Origin: Eledone cirrhosa
Taxonomy: Eukaryota
Direction of reading: 5' to 3'
Assembly (NCBI GenBank): GCA_964016885.1
Contig: OZ024740.1
Span: 261,268,001 to 261,332,000 of the forward strand
Length of the DNA stretch: 64,000 bases
Position 1 is the stretch's first letter. Each line of letters starts with the position of its first letter. Made by a program: the position numbers and the translations under genes. Positions 1 to 11,486 of this stretch are shown here, one piece after another. The notes under the pieces were generated by a model. That model had not been told where the DNA came from. It was given only the letters and a program-made list of their open reading frames with translations, and did not search any database.

Positions 1-350
1 AGATGAAATCGAAATGCAACTGGAGTCTTATTTTTTTTAAAATATATATATTTATTTGGTTCCTTTACCGGTTTCGCAGTTCTTCTGCTTTTCAAAAGGT
101 GAGTTGAGATGGAGGGTCTGTGGTTTTTTCTCACATCTGTTCACATGTGAGAAAAACCACAGACCCTCCATCTCAACTCACCTTTTGAAAAGCAGAAGAA
201 CTGCGAAACCGGTAAAGGAACCAAATAAATATATATATATATTTTTTTAAATAAGACTCCAGTTGCATTTTCGATTTCATCTCTTTTTCTTTATACTTTC
301 ACTCGTGTAGGACACCTCGGTTATTTTTCATTTTGTAAAAAAAACCTCAC

Positions 351-355
<5 letters not shown>
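1..355. repeat. Fold-back (palindromic) Penelope-type terminal repeat unit, copy 1
   Basis: 1-~135 is the reverse complement of ~146-281, followed by a unique tail to (TA)n. The same unit recurs at 7067-7392. Confidence 0.85.
181..218 (+). ncRNA. Minimal type I hammerhead ribozyme motif, U3-A8 core variant (mirror copy on - at 62-99)
   Basis: cctt-TTGAAAA-gcag(aagaa)ctgc-GAAA-ccgg-TA-aagg: stem I, stem II and palindromic stem III all pair. Confidence 0.65.
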
Positions 356-411
<56 letters not shown>

Positions 412-584
412 TATATATATATACATTTAAGTGTGGTGGTTCACAATGGGTAGAACTGGTCATTCCGTATAGCCAACCATGATGTAATATTAGGAAAAGC
501 ACTCAACGTTATGCAATTCATCCATCTTTGACGTTAAATCTTGTTGGTGGTGCGAGAATGGAGTTAATTATTATTGAGTAAAAT

Positions 585-1260
585 GACAGGAGGCCGGACT
601 GGTGAAATTCCTTCAAAGATTTATTATAGCAAACACTATGTACATTTCAGTGGTCAAGTTCCAGAAGATCCTGGTGACATCATCTGGTGTTTATTGCATA
701 ATAGTTATATAATAACGGAATCATTATAACTAATAACTGTCTGGCATACGTTGCTTCACCGGCCAACTGTACTGACTCTTCTGGTCATGTGGGGCATGAG
801 CCGGTGGACGTTTCATATAATAAAAATAATAGAAATAATAGAAATAATAGAAATATTTCCCAACTGAACATATTTCTCTGTAACCTGATCTCCTTTACCA
901 CTAGCATGTGTCTAAATAGCAGTGAATTGCAGGGTAGTAGTATTAAGCATACTAAGCATACAACCCCCTGACCAAACCGGTAAGACAAAATTGATGAGAA
1001 TCCACACTCGCAGGTGGTCAGCCAAACAGACAACAACTGGCCCTCTTCATTGCCTTCGAGGCAAAAGCATTTTTCTTTTCTTTTTATAGTCTCTTGGATT
1101 GTGTTTACCATTAGTCCTTTATTATATAACTATTATGAAATAAACACCTGATGATGTCACCGGGATCTTACATAACTTGTCCACTGAAATGTATATAGTG
1201 TTTGCTATATTAAATCTTTGAAGGAATTTCACCAGTCTGGCCTTCTGTCATTTTACTCAA
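585..1260. mobile_element. Penelope-like remnant bounded by inverted repeats (~585-715 and ~1125-1260)
   Basis: The arms are diverged reverse complements, and each carries a hammerhead-like motif. Confidence 0.55.
1142..1203 (+). ncRNA. Hammerhead ribozyme-like motif
   Basis: aaacac-CTGATGA-...-GAAA-tgtata-TA-gtgttt. Stem II closure is weak, and the left-arm mirror has CAGATGA. Confidence 0.5.
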
Positions 1261-1277
1261 TAATATATATATATATA

Positions 1278-3460
1278 TCATCACCATCATCATTTTACGT
1301 CCGCTTTTCCCTGCTTGCAAGGGTTGGATGGGTCCTATTCAGCACAGCAACTCTCCACCGGTCACGGTCCTTCATCATCTCCTCCGTGAGTTTCAGCGAT
1401 CTGAGGTCTGCTCTCACCACATCCGCCCATGTTTTTCGTGGTCTACCTTTACTGTGTCTTCCCTCCACTGGGACTTCCTGGCACTTCTTCACCCATTGGT
1501 CATCCTCCATGCACATCACATGTCCACACCATCTCAGCCGTCTCTCCTTCACACCACAACTTATCCCTCTTATACCCAGTTTCTTTCTCATCTCATGCTT
1601 GGTCGTTCATGCACATTGACATTTCACATCCAACGGAGCAAACTTGCTTCATTTCTCTCCAGCCGTCACATATCTTCTGCAGTTGCTGCCCATGTCTGAC
1701 TACCATTCAACATCACGCATCTCACACAGGCATCATATAACCGTCCTTTCATACGCAGGGAGAAACCCTTCTTTGTCAACAGAGGGAGCAGTTCACTAAA
1801 CTTCTTCCAACCCGTCCTTATTCTAGATACTATGGCCTCGGAACAACCCCCTCCCACGCTAATCTGATCACCTAGGTACCAGAAGCTATAGCACCCATCT
1901 GCATTGGAAAAATGAGTCTATCACTGCGATTACTACTGTCAACTTTCCCTGTACATCTACTGCATACGTAGTTTTCCCTACCTGTTAGTTTGCCTGATAT
2001 CCCACTACATCTCTTGTGTACCCAAGATCTGCATTGCGTACATTTTATGGAATTTATGCCAGTTCCTTTCCTACATATCGAACATGGCCATTTTCCTGAT
2101 GGAATCAGAGTATTGTCCTCTCTTCTACTTATCAACGCCTTTGTTTTAGCTATGTTCACTCTCAGGCCTCTTGATTGCAACTGCTGTTTCCATAGCCAGA
2201 TTTTATTCTCTAGCTCCTCTACTGATTCTGCTATAAGAACCAGATCATCAGCATAAAGAAGTTCCCATGGGTATCCAGTCTTAAACGCCTCCATTATGGC
2301 TTGGAGGACTATAATGAACAAGAGTGAGCTGAGGACAGAACCTTGATATACACCTACTTGTATCTGGAATTCTTCACTAAACTCCATTCCTATTCTCACT
2401 TTACTGACAACACCCCTGTACATAGCTTGCACTGTCCTCACAAGCCATTCCTCTACCCCTAGTTTCCTTAGGGACCACCAGATGACAGATCGGGTACCCT
2501 ATCAAAGGCCTTCTCTAGGTCAACAAAAGCTAAGTATAGTGGCTTATTCTTCTCTAAGAACCTCTCTTGTAGTTGCCTCACTATGAAGAAGGCATCTGTT
2601 GTACTTTTCCGAGGCACAAAATCAATCTGCATCTCATCTAAATTGACCCTTTCTCTAATCAGTTGCGCTAATATTCTCTCTGCCACTTTCATAACCTGAT
2701 ACATCAGCTTTATGCCCCTATAAATGCTCCTCTCCCGAGCATCCCTTTACCTTTGTAGCAATTTATGAGAATACTGCTGCACCAATCTTTGGGTATGACA
2801 CCGCCATATATAGCCTGATTGATGATGCGTGCAACCAGTTTAGTGCCTACATCCCCTGTTGCCTTCAGCATCTCAGCAACTATCCCTGACGGTCCAGCGG
2901 CCTTACCATTTTTCATTTCCTTAATCGCCTCATGGACCCTATATTCGTCAATCTCAATAGCTGATCCTTCTGTCGGATCTACTGGGGGTTATTTCTCTCT
3001 CTCTCCCATTCGTTCTCCACATTCATCAGTCCCTCATAATGACATTTCCAGGCCTCCTTCTTTTGATCATTCGTGACACTAAGTACATCGGCATCATTCC
3101 AGACACACTTATCTCCAACAACATCCTGATTTACACCTACACACTGCCTTGCAATGCGGAACACCGCACGTCTCTGATCTTCCCGTCGCAGAACATTGGC
3201 AAACCTCCTACTCTCAGCCTCCCTGCGTGCTAAGTACATCTGACATCTAGCTTCTCTCTTAGTGGCTGTGTATCCGTCTCTACTCCCATCATTTTTCCAA
3301 GCTTTCCATGCCAGTCTTTTGTCTCTAATGGCCCTATCTGCTGTGCTGTTCCACCACCAGGTCACTCTCTGTCTGGTGGAAGCTCTGCCCCAACCACAGT
3401 AGCCTGCAGTAAGTTGTCACGCAAGAAATTCCAGTTATCATCTATGTCATACAACTCTAA
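1278..3460 (-). mobile_element. RTE-clade LINE, 5'-truncated and frameshifted (copy A)
   Basis: ORF fragments FVDLEKAFDRVP, GVYQGSVLS, LLYADD, RRLRWCGHV, GRPRKTW. 3' end is ...CAGGGAAAAGCGGACGTAAAA(TGA)n. Confidence 0.92.
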
Positions 3461-3491
3461 ATCGTGTATATATATATATATATATATACAT

Positions 3492-3871
3492 ATCATCATC
3501 ATCATCATCCTTTTACATCCGCTTTTCCCTGCTTGCAAGGGTGGGACGGGAACTGATTTTGGCTTGATTTCTGCAGCTGGATGCCCTTCCTAACACCAAC
3601 CTGAGTGGTGGGTGCTTTTTTTTCCGTGGCGCCTACACGTCCACTTTACAGTGTGGGCTGGGTGCTTTTTTGCCGTGGCACCTCCACGACCACTTTACAG
3701 TGGAATGATAGGGACTCCAGTCCTATCATCTCATTTCTACAGCTGAGTAAACTGGAGCAATGTGAAATAAAGTATCTTGCTCAAGGAAACAACACATCAT
3801 CCAGTCCGAGAATTGAACTCACAACCTTTCGATTGCAAGGCCAATGCTCTAACCACTAAGCCATGTGCCTC
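3492..3871 (-). mobile_element. tRNA-derived SINE with RTE-derived 3' tail
   Basis: Head has A-box TGGCTTAGTGG and B-box GAGTTCAATT. The tail matches the RTE copy A 3' end. Related copies at 39001 and 52959. Confidence 0.85.
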
Positions 3872-3973
<102 letters not shown>

Positions 3974-3985
3974 ACATATACATAT

Positions 3986-4027
<42 letters not shown>

Positions 4028-4527
4028 TATATATAGAGAGACTACTGCGTTAGTTCAGACCTAGCTGTCGAAACGGCCAGAGCTCAGCTGGTACAACCAC
4101 AAACATACATTTAATAGGTCGGATAAAAAATCTTCCACTTCACTTTCACATTTAATTTGGAATTTAAAGGACAACAATATAGGCTATTCAAAATCTTGGG
4201 GAACGATTTCGAAAGCACCTGCATACCAAATAATTTTTTTAAACAAACTGTTAATCCTTTTTAAATTAACGTAAATACAAGCTCTTCTTTCTTTCTCTTT
4301 CTTCTTCCTACACATACATATATCCTAATAATTATTTTAATCTACCTAGCGTCTAAAAATAACGTTTTTTTTTCAGCCCTATACCTCAAACTCATTTGCA
4401 TACTCATCTTAATAATTTGAAATATTTGACTTTTCTTCTCTATCCCTTCTTTCATTTACTATCCAGGAATAACTTGAACCGTTAAGATCTTATTCCTGAG
4501 TATGTCAATATTTATAAAACAAACTTT

Positions 4528-4590
4528 GTATTTCATCTGATGAGAGCGTACCAAAGTTTTGGTACCCTTGAAATATATATAATAGAATAA
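4528..4590 (+). ncRNA. Type I hammerhead ribozyme motif in a Penelope-type terminal repeat
   Basis: CTGATGA 4537-4543, stem II gtaccaaa/tttggtac, then GAAA-tatata-TA. Stem I is imperfect. Same family as 17141 and 44801. Confidence 0.55.
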
Positions 4591-5152
4591 ATATGGTTTT
4601 ATAAATATAGTTTACATTTATTTAATATCATTGAATATTATACTCCAGAAAACTTGTCGAGTGCTTTGAATCAATTATAAACATTTATATTTGTTGAATT
4701 ACCAACAAATTAAATATCCCTTTTGCTTATATATATATAAACGGAAAAAAGGAACGAAATTTCATTTTCCACTCTTAGTACGGCTGTTACTTAAATATAT
4801 GTATGTACACGTACATACATATATGTATACAGACGTACAGTAGTATGTATATATATACATACATACATGCACACATATATATATGTACGTATGGATTCAC
4901 CGAACATTTATTATAATGCTCGGTGTGTTTGTAAACAAACATCCCGTATTAAGCCGTAGTGTCTAGCAACCATCGTTGCTCGTTTGTTCAACACTGACAA
5001 AGGAACGCTGCACTAGTTTCAAGCTTATTAGCTATCGACAGCAACGTATACCTTCCTGCCAGATTGTTGAACGTTCAACAATCTGTCAGGAAGGTATACA
5101 CCAGGCGGGTTTGAAATTATTATAAATGTATTATACATTTATAATAATATAT

Positions 5153-5392
5153 ATATTGTTATACTTTGGGAGGGTCATGTTGCCAATAAGAAACACACGC
5201 ACCAGTGCTTTCAGAATGTGTGACGAAAGAACTTTGACAATATGTAAACAACCATCTAGTTGTGGAACCAACCAACCAACCGGAAATTTATAAATTCCTA
5301 AATTTATAAATTTATTATAATAAATTGAAGTGAAAGCAACTGGTGCGTGTGTTTCTTATTGGCAACATGACCCTCCCAAAGTATAACAATAT
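5153..5392. repeat. Inverted-repeat unit with arms of about 60 bp
   Basis: atattgttatactttgggagggtcatgttgccaataagaaacacacgcaccagt and its reverse complement at ~5338-5392. Confidence 0.8.
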
Positions 5393-5513
5393 CGGTTTCA
5401 ACACACGTTTTCAGATAAATAATCTTGCTAAACAAATTCAGAAACGAAATAATATATATATATAATTGAGTACCTTACTTACTGTGGTTACCTCTGTTTC
5501 AACCCGGAATAAC

Positions 5514-5560
<47 letters not shown>

Positions 5561-5563
<3 letters not shown>

Positions 5564-6867
5564 GGTACGGACAATATTTGTTCGCGAGATTACTGTCTAG
5601 GAAAAATTAGCATAGTAGTTTTATTTTTTAAGATATATTTATCAAAATTGGGTCAGTTTGTCTTCATGGCTTGTTCTTTCGATCTCACTCGGTAAACCCG
5701 CCATTGGCTTTGATGACGGCCTCAAGGTGGCCTCGGAACCGGCTACAGGCCTTCGTCACTGTCACCCAACTTAGGCCCTTAAAGGCACTTGTGATCCTGG
5801 CCTTCAGATCGTCTTTCGTATTGCAGCTAGATCTGTTGCTGTCTCGTTCCACTGCACTCCACACAAAGAAGTCGAGGGGGTTGCAGTCAGGCGAGCTGGG
5901 AGGCCAGATGTCAGGTGAAGTGTGGTCGACGAAGTTCTCTGACAGTCAGGCTTGGGTCTTTCGGCTGGTATAGCAGGGCGCTGAGTCTTGCTGCCACACG
6001 TACGGCCTACCTGCAGCTACCTGGTCGATCCCGGGCTTTACTACCTCGCTCAGAACGCAGATGTAGCCATTGGTGTTCAGCTTGAGGCCCTCAGGGAAGA
6101 AGTGAGGTGGTATGACGTCACCTTGACTGCTGACGACACCTAAGACCAATGTTGTCGCTGGAAACTTTGTTTACATGAGTCTGGGCACGTCTTTGGATGA
6201 GACAGCGAGCCACCTGTTGTTCTGGGAGTTGATCTTCTGGTCTTGGCAAAAGTATTTCTCGCCGGAGAAAAACCACAGCATGTCTGGCTCCAGTGGGTGT
6301 TTCAACTTGTTGATCAGCTTCTTTGCGTGCTTCAGTCGCTTTTCTTGCATCGCCTTTGACAGAAATTATCCTTTCCTCATCTTGTATGAAACGTAGCGAA
6401 TGTCTTCATGTACCACCAGCCTAATGAGCTTTTCATCCACGCCTTTCTCCTTTGCGATGGCACGCATCGACTTGCTAGGTTCATTGTTGATGATATCCTG
6501 AACTTCAGCGACGAAGTCGGGCGTTCTGAAGGCGTCAGTTCGTCGATCATGTGTTTTCCTCTCTGATGTTGCTTCGTAGTCGAATCCTGAATCTTCCAAT
6601 TCCTTTCTGACCTTTTCCACCATTCTCCTGCTGACGATGAGAAAGTGTGAAATTTCCTTATTTGTCCTCCCGGCGCGGATTCCAAGAAGAACTCCGTGTC
6701 TCTTCATCAAATTTGGAGGTTCAAAATTATTCATAATCAATTATTCTGAAAATAAATAATGGAAATATAGTCATTGTTTTTATGAAGACAAGAGTGACAA
6801 CGGAAGTAAAAAGATTTTGCACAAAATTAGCAGTTGAAAATTACGAACAAATATCGTCCACACCCTG
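5561..6867 (-). mobile_element. Tc1/mariner-superfamily DNA transposon, DD37D (maT) type, defective
   Basis: TIRs CAGGGT(AC/GT)GGAC(A/G)ATATTTGTTCG with TA flanks. Transposase fragments QQDSAP...WPPSSPDCNPLD give 37 residues between the 2nd and 3rd D. In-frame TGA and frameshifts are present. Confidence 0.9.
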
Positions 6868-7025
6868 TATATATATAGGAAAAGTGTCAGGACCCCGATG
6901 GCTGAGCTCCGGCCGTTTCGACAGCTAGATCCGAACGCATGTTGTCTATTACCCACTCTACTACCCTTAGTATTGAGTACTCTGGTGCGTTATGGTCCAC
7001 CTGGTATCTTACCACACCCTCTTTG

Positions 7026-7066
<41 letters not shown>

Positions 7067-7073
<7 letters not shown>

Positions 7074-7385
7074 AAAAAGGGATGAAATCGAAAATGCAAC
7101 TGAAGTCTTATTTTTTTTAAAAATATATATATTTATTTGGTTCCTTTACCGGTTTCGCAGTTCTTCTGCTTTTCAAAAGGTGAGTTGAGATGGAGGGTCT
7201 GTGGTTTCTCAACTCACCTTTTGAAAAGCAGAAGAACTGCGAAACCGGTAAAGGAACCAAATAAATATATATATTTTTTTAAAAAATAAGACTTCAGTTG
7301 CATTTTCGATTTCATCCCTTTTTCTTTATACTTCCACTCGTGTAGGACACCTCGGTTATTTTTCATTTTGTAAAAAAAACCTCAC

Positions 7386-7392
<7 letters not shown>
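7067..7392. repeat. Fold-back unit, copy 2, with hammerhead motifs at 7217-7254 (+) and 7143-7180 (-)
   Basis: Same sequence as 1-355 but with a different turn-around point; flanked by (TA)n. Confidence 0.85.
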
Positions 7393-7444
<52 letters not shown>

Positions 7445-8513
7445 TTTGTATGTAAAAGGTAAACAGAAATAACAACACAATCGGTACAGTATATGGAAGG
7501 AATATATTAGGTTAACGCTTGATATGGCAGGAAGAGGGTCTTGACGTTTTGGATGCTAGTCCGTCATCAGAAAAAAGAATGAGAAATAAGATAAATTGAA
7601 GGGACGGGTGGGTTGGAATTCGAAAAAATGTCTTTAGATAAAAATAACAGGTCCATTCATGTTGACATCTCTTGGAAAACTGTTGATGCTTGCATTTTGT
7701 GTATGATGTATTTTTTTAGAAAAGTGGATGATGGAGCGCATCTACCTGAAATGGAAAAAAAGCTATACTTGTGCACGTGCGTATGTGTGTTATTATACGT
7801 CCGTACGAAGCTAAAAAGAAACGTGTGTGTATATGTAAGTAAAAGAGTGTGAGTGTGCTTGTAAGCATGAAGCTATGAGCAAACAACTCGGTTTGGATGC
7901 TCCTGTCGCCTATCATTTCGGTTCTCCTGGTCATTCTTCCCTACAGTCCTGGATGTCCTTTTACATCATGGATCACAGGCCTCGCGCATCAGGACTGAAC
8001 CTATTTCCCTCATGGACTCAACTCACTTCCCCAATTGCTTTAAGAGCCCATCCATTATCACACACACACTTGTACATTCACCCCTAGATTTCTATGGCTC
8101 TCTTATGGTCAGAAACATATTCTCTTACAACTAATACAGACCGACAAAATATGCACACTCCAATGAAATGTAGATATAACTACAATTTTTGAATTAGATG
8201 CTTTCACTGTGAAAAAAATTAAGTGTAAACACTGCTCCATTATTCATTTATGTACAGACTTCTAATTTAAAATAAATATGTTTATGTAGCTAAGTTAAAT
8301 TTACCTTGAAGTCTGTTAATAAACACTGTTCTCGCATAAATATTGATTGTATATATTTATGCCTGGAACTAGCTATTGAAATGGCAAAAGCTCAGTTGTT
8401 AGGCCCCAACTCTTTCTAATATAGTCCTACTCTACTATCCCAAGTATCGAGTACTCTGTTGAATTATGATCTAATCCTGATATTTATATATATATATAAA
8501 TATTGTATTTCAG

Positions 8514-9581
8514 AAGCCTGATTATTTTTCTGATCCTGTCCAAATACAACGAAAGAGACTCATTGAAAATGTTTGTCAGAGTGAGATGTCAACAGAAAAT
8601 GGTTTAAACAAGGCAGCAGGCAGATTTTTATTTTATTCAAATTTAAATTTATCTTACTGTGTTGTAGCTAAAGTAGGATGTACATTCTGGGTTGGTATTA
8701 TTCGCTATCTTGTTGGAGACTTCTCTGAAGATATTTTAGAGAAACATCCAATGGATTTAACAAAATATGTTGTTCACAGTTTACGTAAACGCACTAAACA
8801 TTTGACAAAAGACACGGGTTATTCTTATCTACAAAATTCAATGAAATTCTTCTTTGTACGAAATCCATATACACGGCTTTTATCTGGCTATATTGACAAA
8901 TTCATTTTACCAGATCTCTGGACTAATTTGGCAGGAAATATCGCTTCACTGACGAGGAACAAAACGAATAGCAATTGTGTTTCGGACATAACTTTTGAAG
9001 AATTCCTTAATTATGTTGTCATCTCAGAAACAAAAAACGTCCACAGAAATGGTCATTGGATTCCAATTTATAAACTGTGTAATCCCTGTCAATGGAACTT
9101 TAGTTATATTGGAAAGCAGGAAACATTTATGACAGATGCCAGAATAATTTTGCAGCATTTCGGTTTAAATCATTTGATGAAAAAAAAAAGCCATTTGGAA
9201 AATATGATATTTCAAACATATTCTCAAAGTAGTTATACCTTTCTCACAGTAAGTAAGACCGGTATTTGTAATAATTCATGGGGATTTATTGCTAAACGAC
9301 TTTGGTATGTCTATCAGGTTCAAGGATATATACGCCAGACATCCCAATTTGTAATGCCAATTCTTAAACCAGGCCAAGAAATTACTTTTGAAATCTTTCA
9401 AGATATAACCAAAAATGAAATGAATAAAAATACCATGACTTCATTTGAATCCTTAAATCAACGAAAATACTTTCTGCTGGAAGCTTATTCTAAAATACCG
9501 TTATCATTGATTAAGAAGATACAGAAAATATATGCCTTAGACTTTAAATTATTTGGATATTCATTAGATTCCTATCGATAA
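8514..9581 (+). CDS. Carbohydrate sulfotransferase (CHST11/HNK-1ST-like, Sulfotransfer_2 family), terminal catalytic exon
   Basis: Acceptor tgtatttcag|8514 is in frame with ORF 8586-9581 (adds KPDYFSDPVQIQRKRLIENVC). Motifs: 5'-PSB YCVVAKVGCTFW, 3'-PB FVRNPYTRLLSGYIDK, HWIP, LCNPC, IYALDFKLFGY. Confidence 0.88.
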   Translation, partial: KPDYFSDPVQIQRKRLIENVCQSEMSTENGLNKAAGRFLFYSNLNLSYCVVAKVGCTFWVGIIRYLVGDFSEDILEKHPMDLTKYVVHSLRKRTKHLTKDTGYSYLQNSMKFFFVRNPYTRLLSGYIDKFILPDLWTNLAGNIASLTRNKTNSNCVSDITFEEFLNYVVISETKNVHRNGHWIPIYKLCNPCQWNFSYIGKQETFMTDARIILQHFGLNHLMKKKSHLENMIFQTYSQSSYTFLTVSKTGICNNSWGFIAKRLWYVYQVQGYIRQTSQFVMPILKPGQEITFEIFQDITKNEMNKNTMTSFESLNQRKYFLLEAYSKIPLSLIKKIQKIYALDFKLFGYSLDSYR

Positions 9582-10509
9582 CAAACAAATGAACATTTCA
9601 AAGCAGCCGTGGTTTTGTAATAATCTTAAAGTAGTATGTCCTTCCTAACACCAACCTCCTTACAGGGTGTATAGAATGTGTTTCATCGTGCCACCAGCAC
9701 TACTTTACAGAGTGCACTGGGTTCATTTTATATGACATAAAGCTGGTAATGGCTTACTTTACTAAACAGTAATAGAGGCTGCTTGTAGTGGGTAGCTACT
9801 GTATGAGTAACATGTTCTTAGCTCACAAATGCATCCATAAAACTAAATGGACTTCACTGTGTGGTAAGATCAAAAATGAGATTGACTACTACTACTACTA
9901 CTACTACTGCTGCTGCTGCTACTACTACTATGTGGCAGTCATCCTTGCAAGATGTTCATGACTACAACAAGGCAGATGTTGGATTAGATCACAATCTGGT
10001 AATTGGAGGGAATTATTTGAATACAAAGAGGATACAGAAGGTTTTTAGTTTATTTTTCGGATATCTTATTTATTTGATATTATAAAGATGTTGTCACTCT
10101 AACCTATAACCTTTCACATTTTATATTCATATTTTTTGTTTCCCCTTCATTTTTCGCTTTCTTTTAGATTAATATAATGATGTTATTTAAAACAAAGCAT
10201 ATTTCTCAACATGTGTTATTTATCATACATCATGTCATTGTTGTGGTTATAAAATTGTCATTATAATGATATTGCAACCTTCTCTGAAGACACAAAAGTG
10301 AACAAAATTAGTCATTAATTCTTTGAATCAATGTTTGAATTGTGATATATATTTATATATTTTCTAAACTATAACAAGTGTAAAACTAATATATTTCTTC
10401 ATTGTACTGTCATTTGCTTTGTTATTCTTTGCCTTTTGCATACATATATATTTATTTTATATATACACATACACCCACTCCCCCATATATATATATATAT
10501 ATATATATA

Positions 10510-10976
10510 AAGGGCAAAGAACCCCTTTGGTCACAAATGACCATGGGATTTGCACGTAAAAAGTTCCCCTCCGAGGCACAAGTCTAGGCAAGGTTGTTTG
10601 TAGAAGACCAGCAGTCACCCATGCATACCAGTCTCCCCACTCTACCCGCACCGCCATCTACACCACCCCTTTCGATGTAAAGCTATGTTGGTACCACAAC
10701 ATCCAGTCCTAAATAAATGAGGTCGTGTAGGTGTCACGACAAAAAAAACACACAGTCCGCGCTGTAATGTGGCCGTGTAGGTAACACGGTTAAAACCTCC
10801 CAGTCCACACTGTAAACGTGGTTGGTGTTAGGAAGGGCATCCAGCCGTAGAAAACCCACCAGACAGTCCTACACGAGCAAGACAACCAGTCTTGCCTCAA
10901 GTGGGACAATTCCCGTCCAGACCCATGCTAGCGTGGAAAATGGACGTTAAACGATGATGATGATGATGATGATGCT
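10510..10976. mobile_element. SINE/RTE-derived non-autonomous fragments
   Basis: Contains the GGTTGGTGTTAGGAAGGGCATCCAGC module and an RTE-type tail ending in (GAT)n. Similar modules at 19315, 47652, 49853 and 50095. Confidence 0.65.
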
Positions 10977-11271
10977 GATATATATATATAATTAATATAC
11001 CTACTATGGTTATATAGCTTCTAACTGAATGGAAGGAGGTATGGGTGGCTTGTTGGTGTAATGGTTACACATTGGTCCAGCAAACCAAAGAACTGGGTTT
11101 GTGTCCCATGTACGTCAATGCTCATCCTTTTTTTCTATTCAGAGTTTTTAAAAAAAATCCCAATTCTATTTAGTCAAATACGGTGTAAGCACATGTAACT
11201 ACCTAATTTTCAAATTCAGTAGCCGTTTGTAAACAAAGCCTGCTTTGTGTTTCCCTATTTATATATATATA

Positions 11272-11470
11272 TTAGAGCATCAGGCTTACAATTGTGAGGT
11301 TGTGGGTTCGATTCTTGGACCGGGCTTTGGGTTGAGCTCTTGAGTAACACACTTTATTTCAAGTTGAGTTGTTCACTCAGCTGTAGAAATGAGTTGCGAC
11401 ATCACTGGTGCTAAGCTGTAGCAGCCATTGCCTTTCCCTTGGACAACATCAGGGTTAGTGGGACGGGGAT
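11272..11470 (+). mobile_element. tRNA-SINE fragment
   Basis: B-box GGTTCGATT and the shared body CTCAGCTGTAGAAATGAG. Confidence 0.6.
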
Positions 11471-11486
11471 GTATTTTGGTTAAGAA

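Noticed and set aside
3800-3871. tRNA gene
   Set aside because: The tRNA-like head runs into a SINE body and RTE tail and is repeated at 39270 and 52959.
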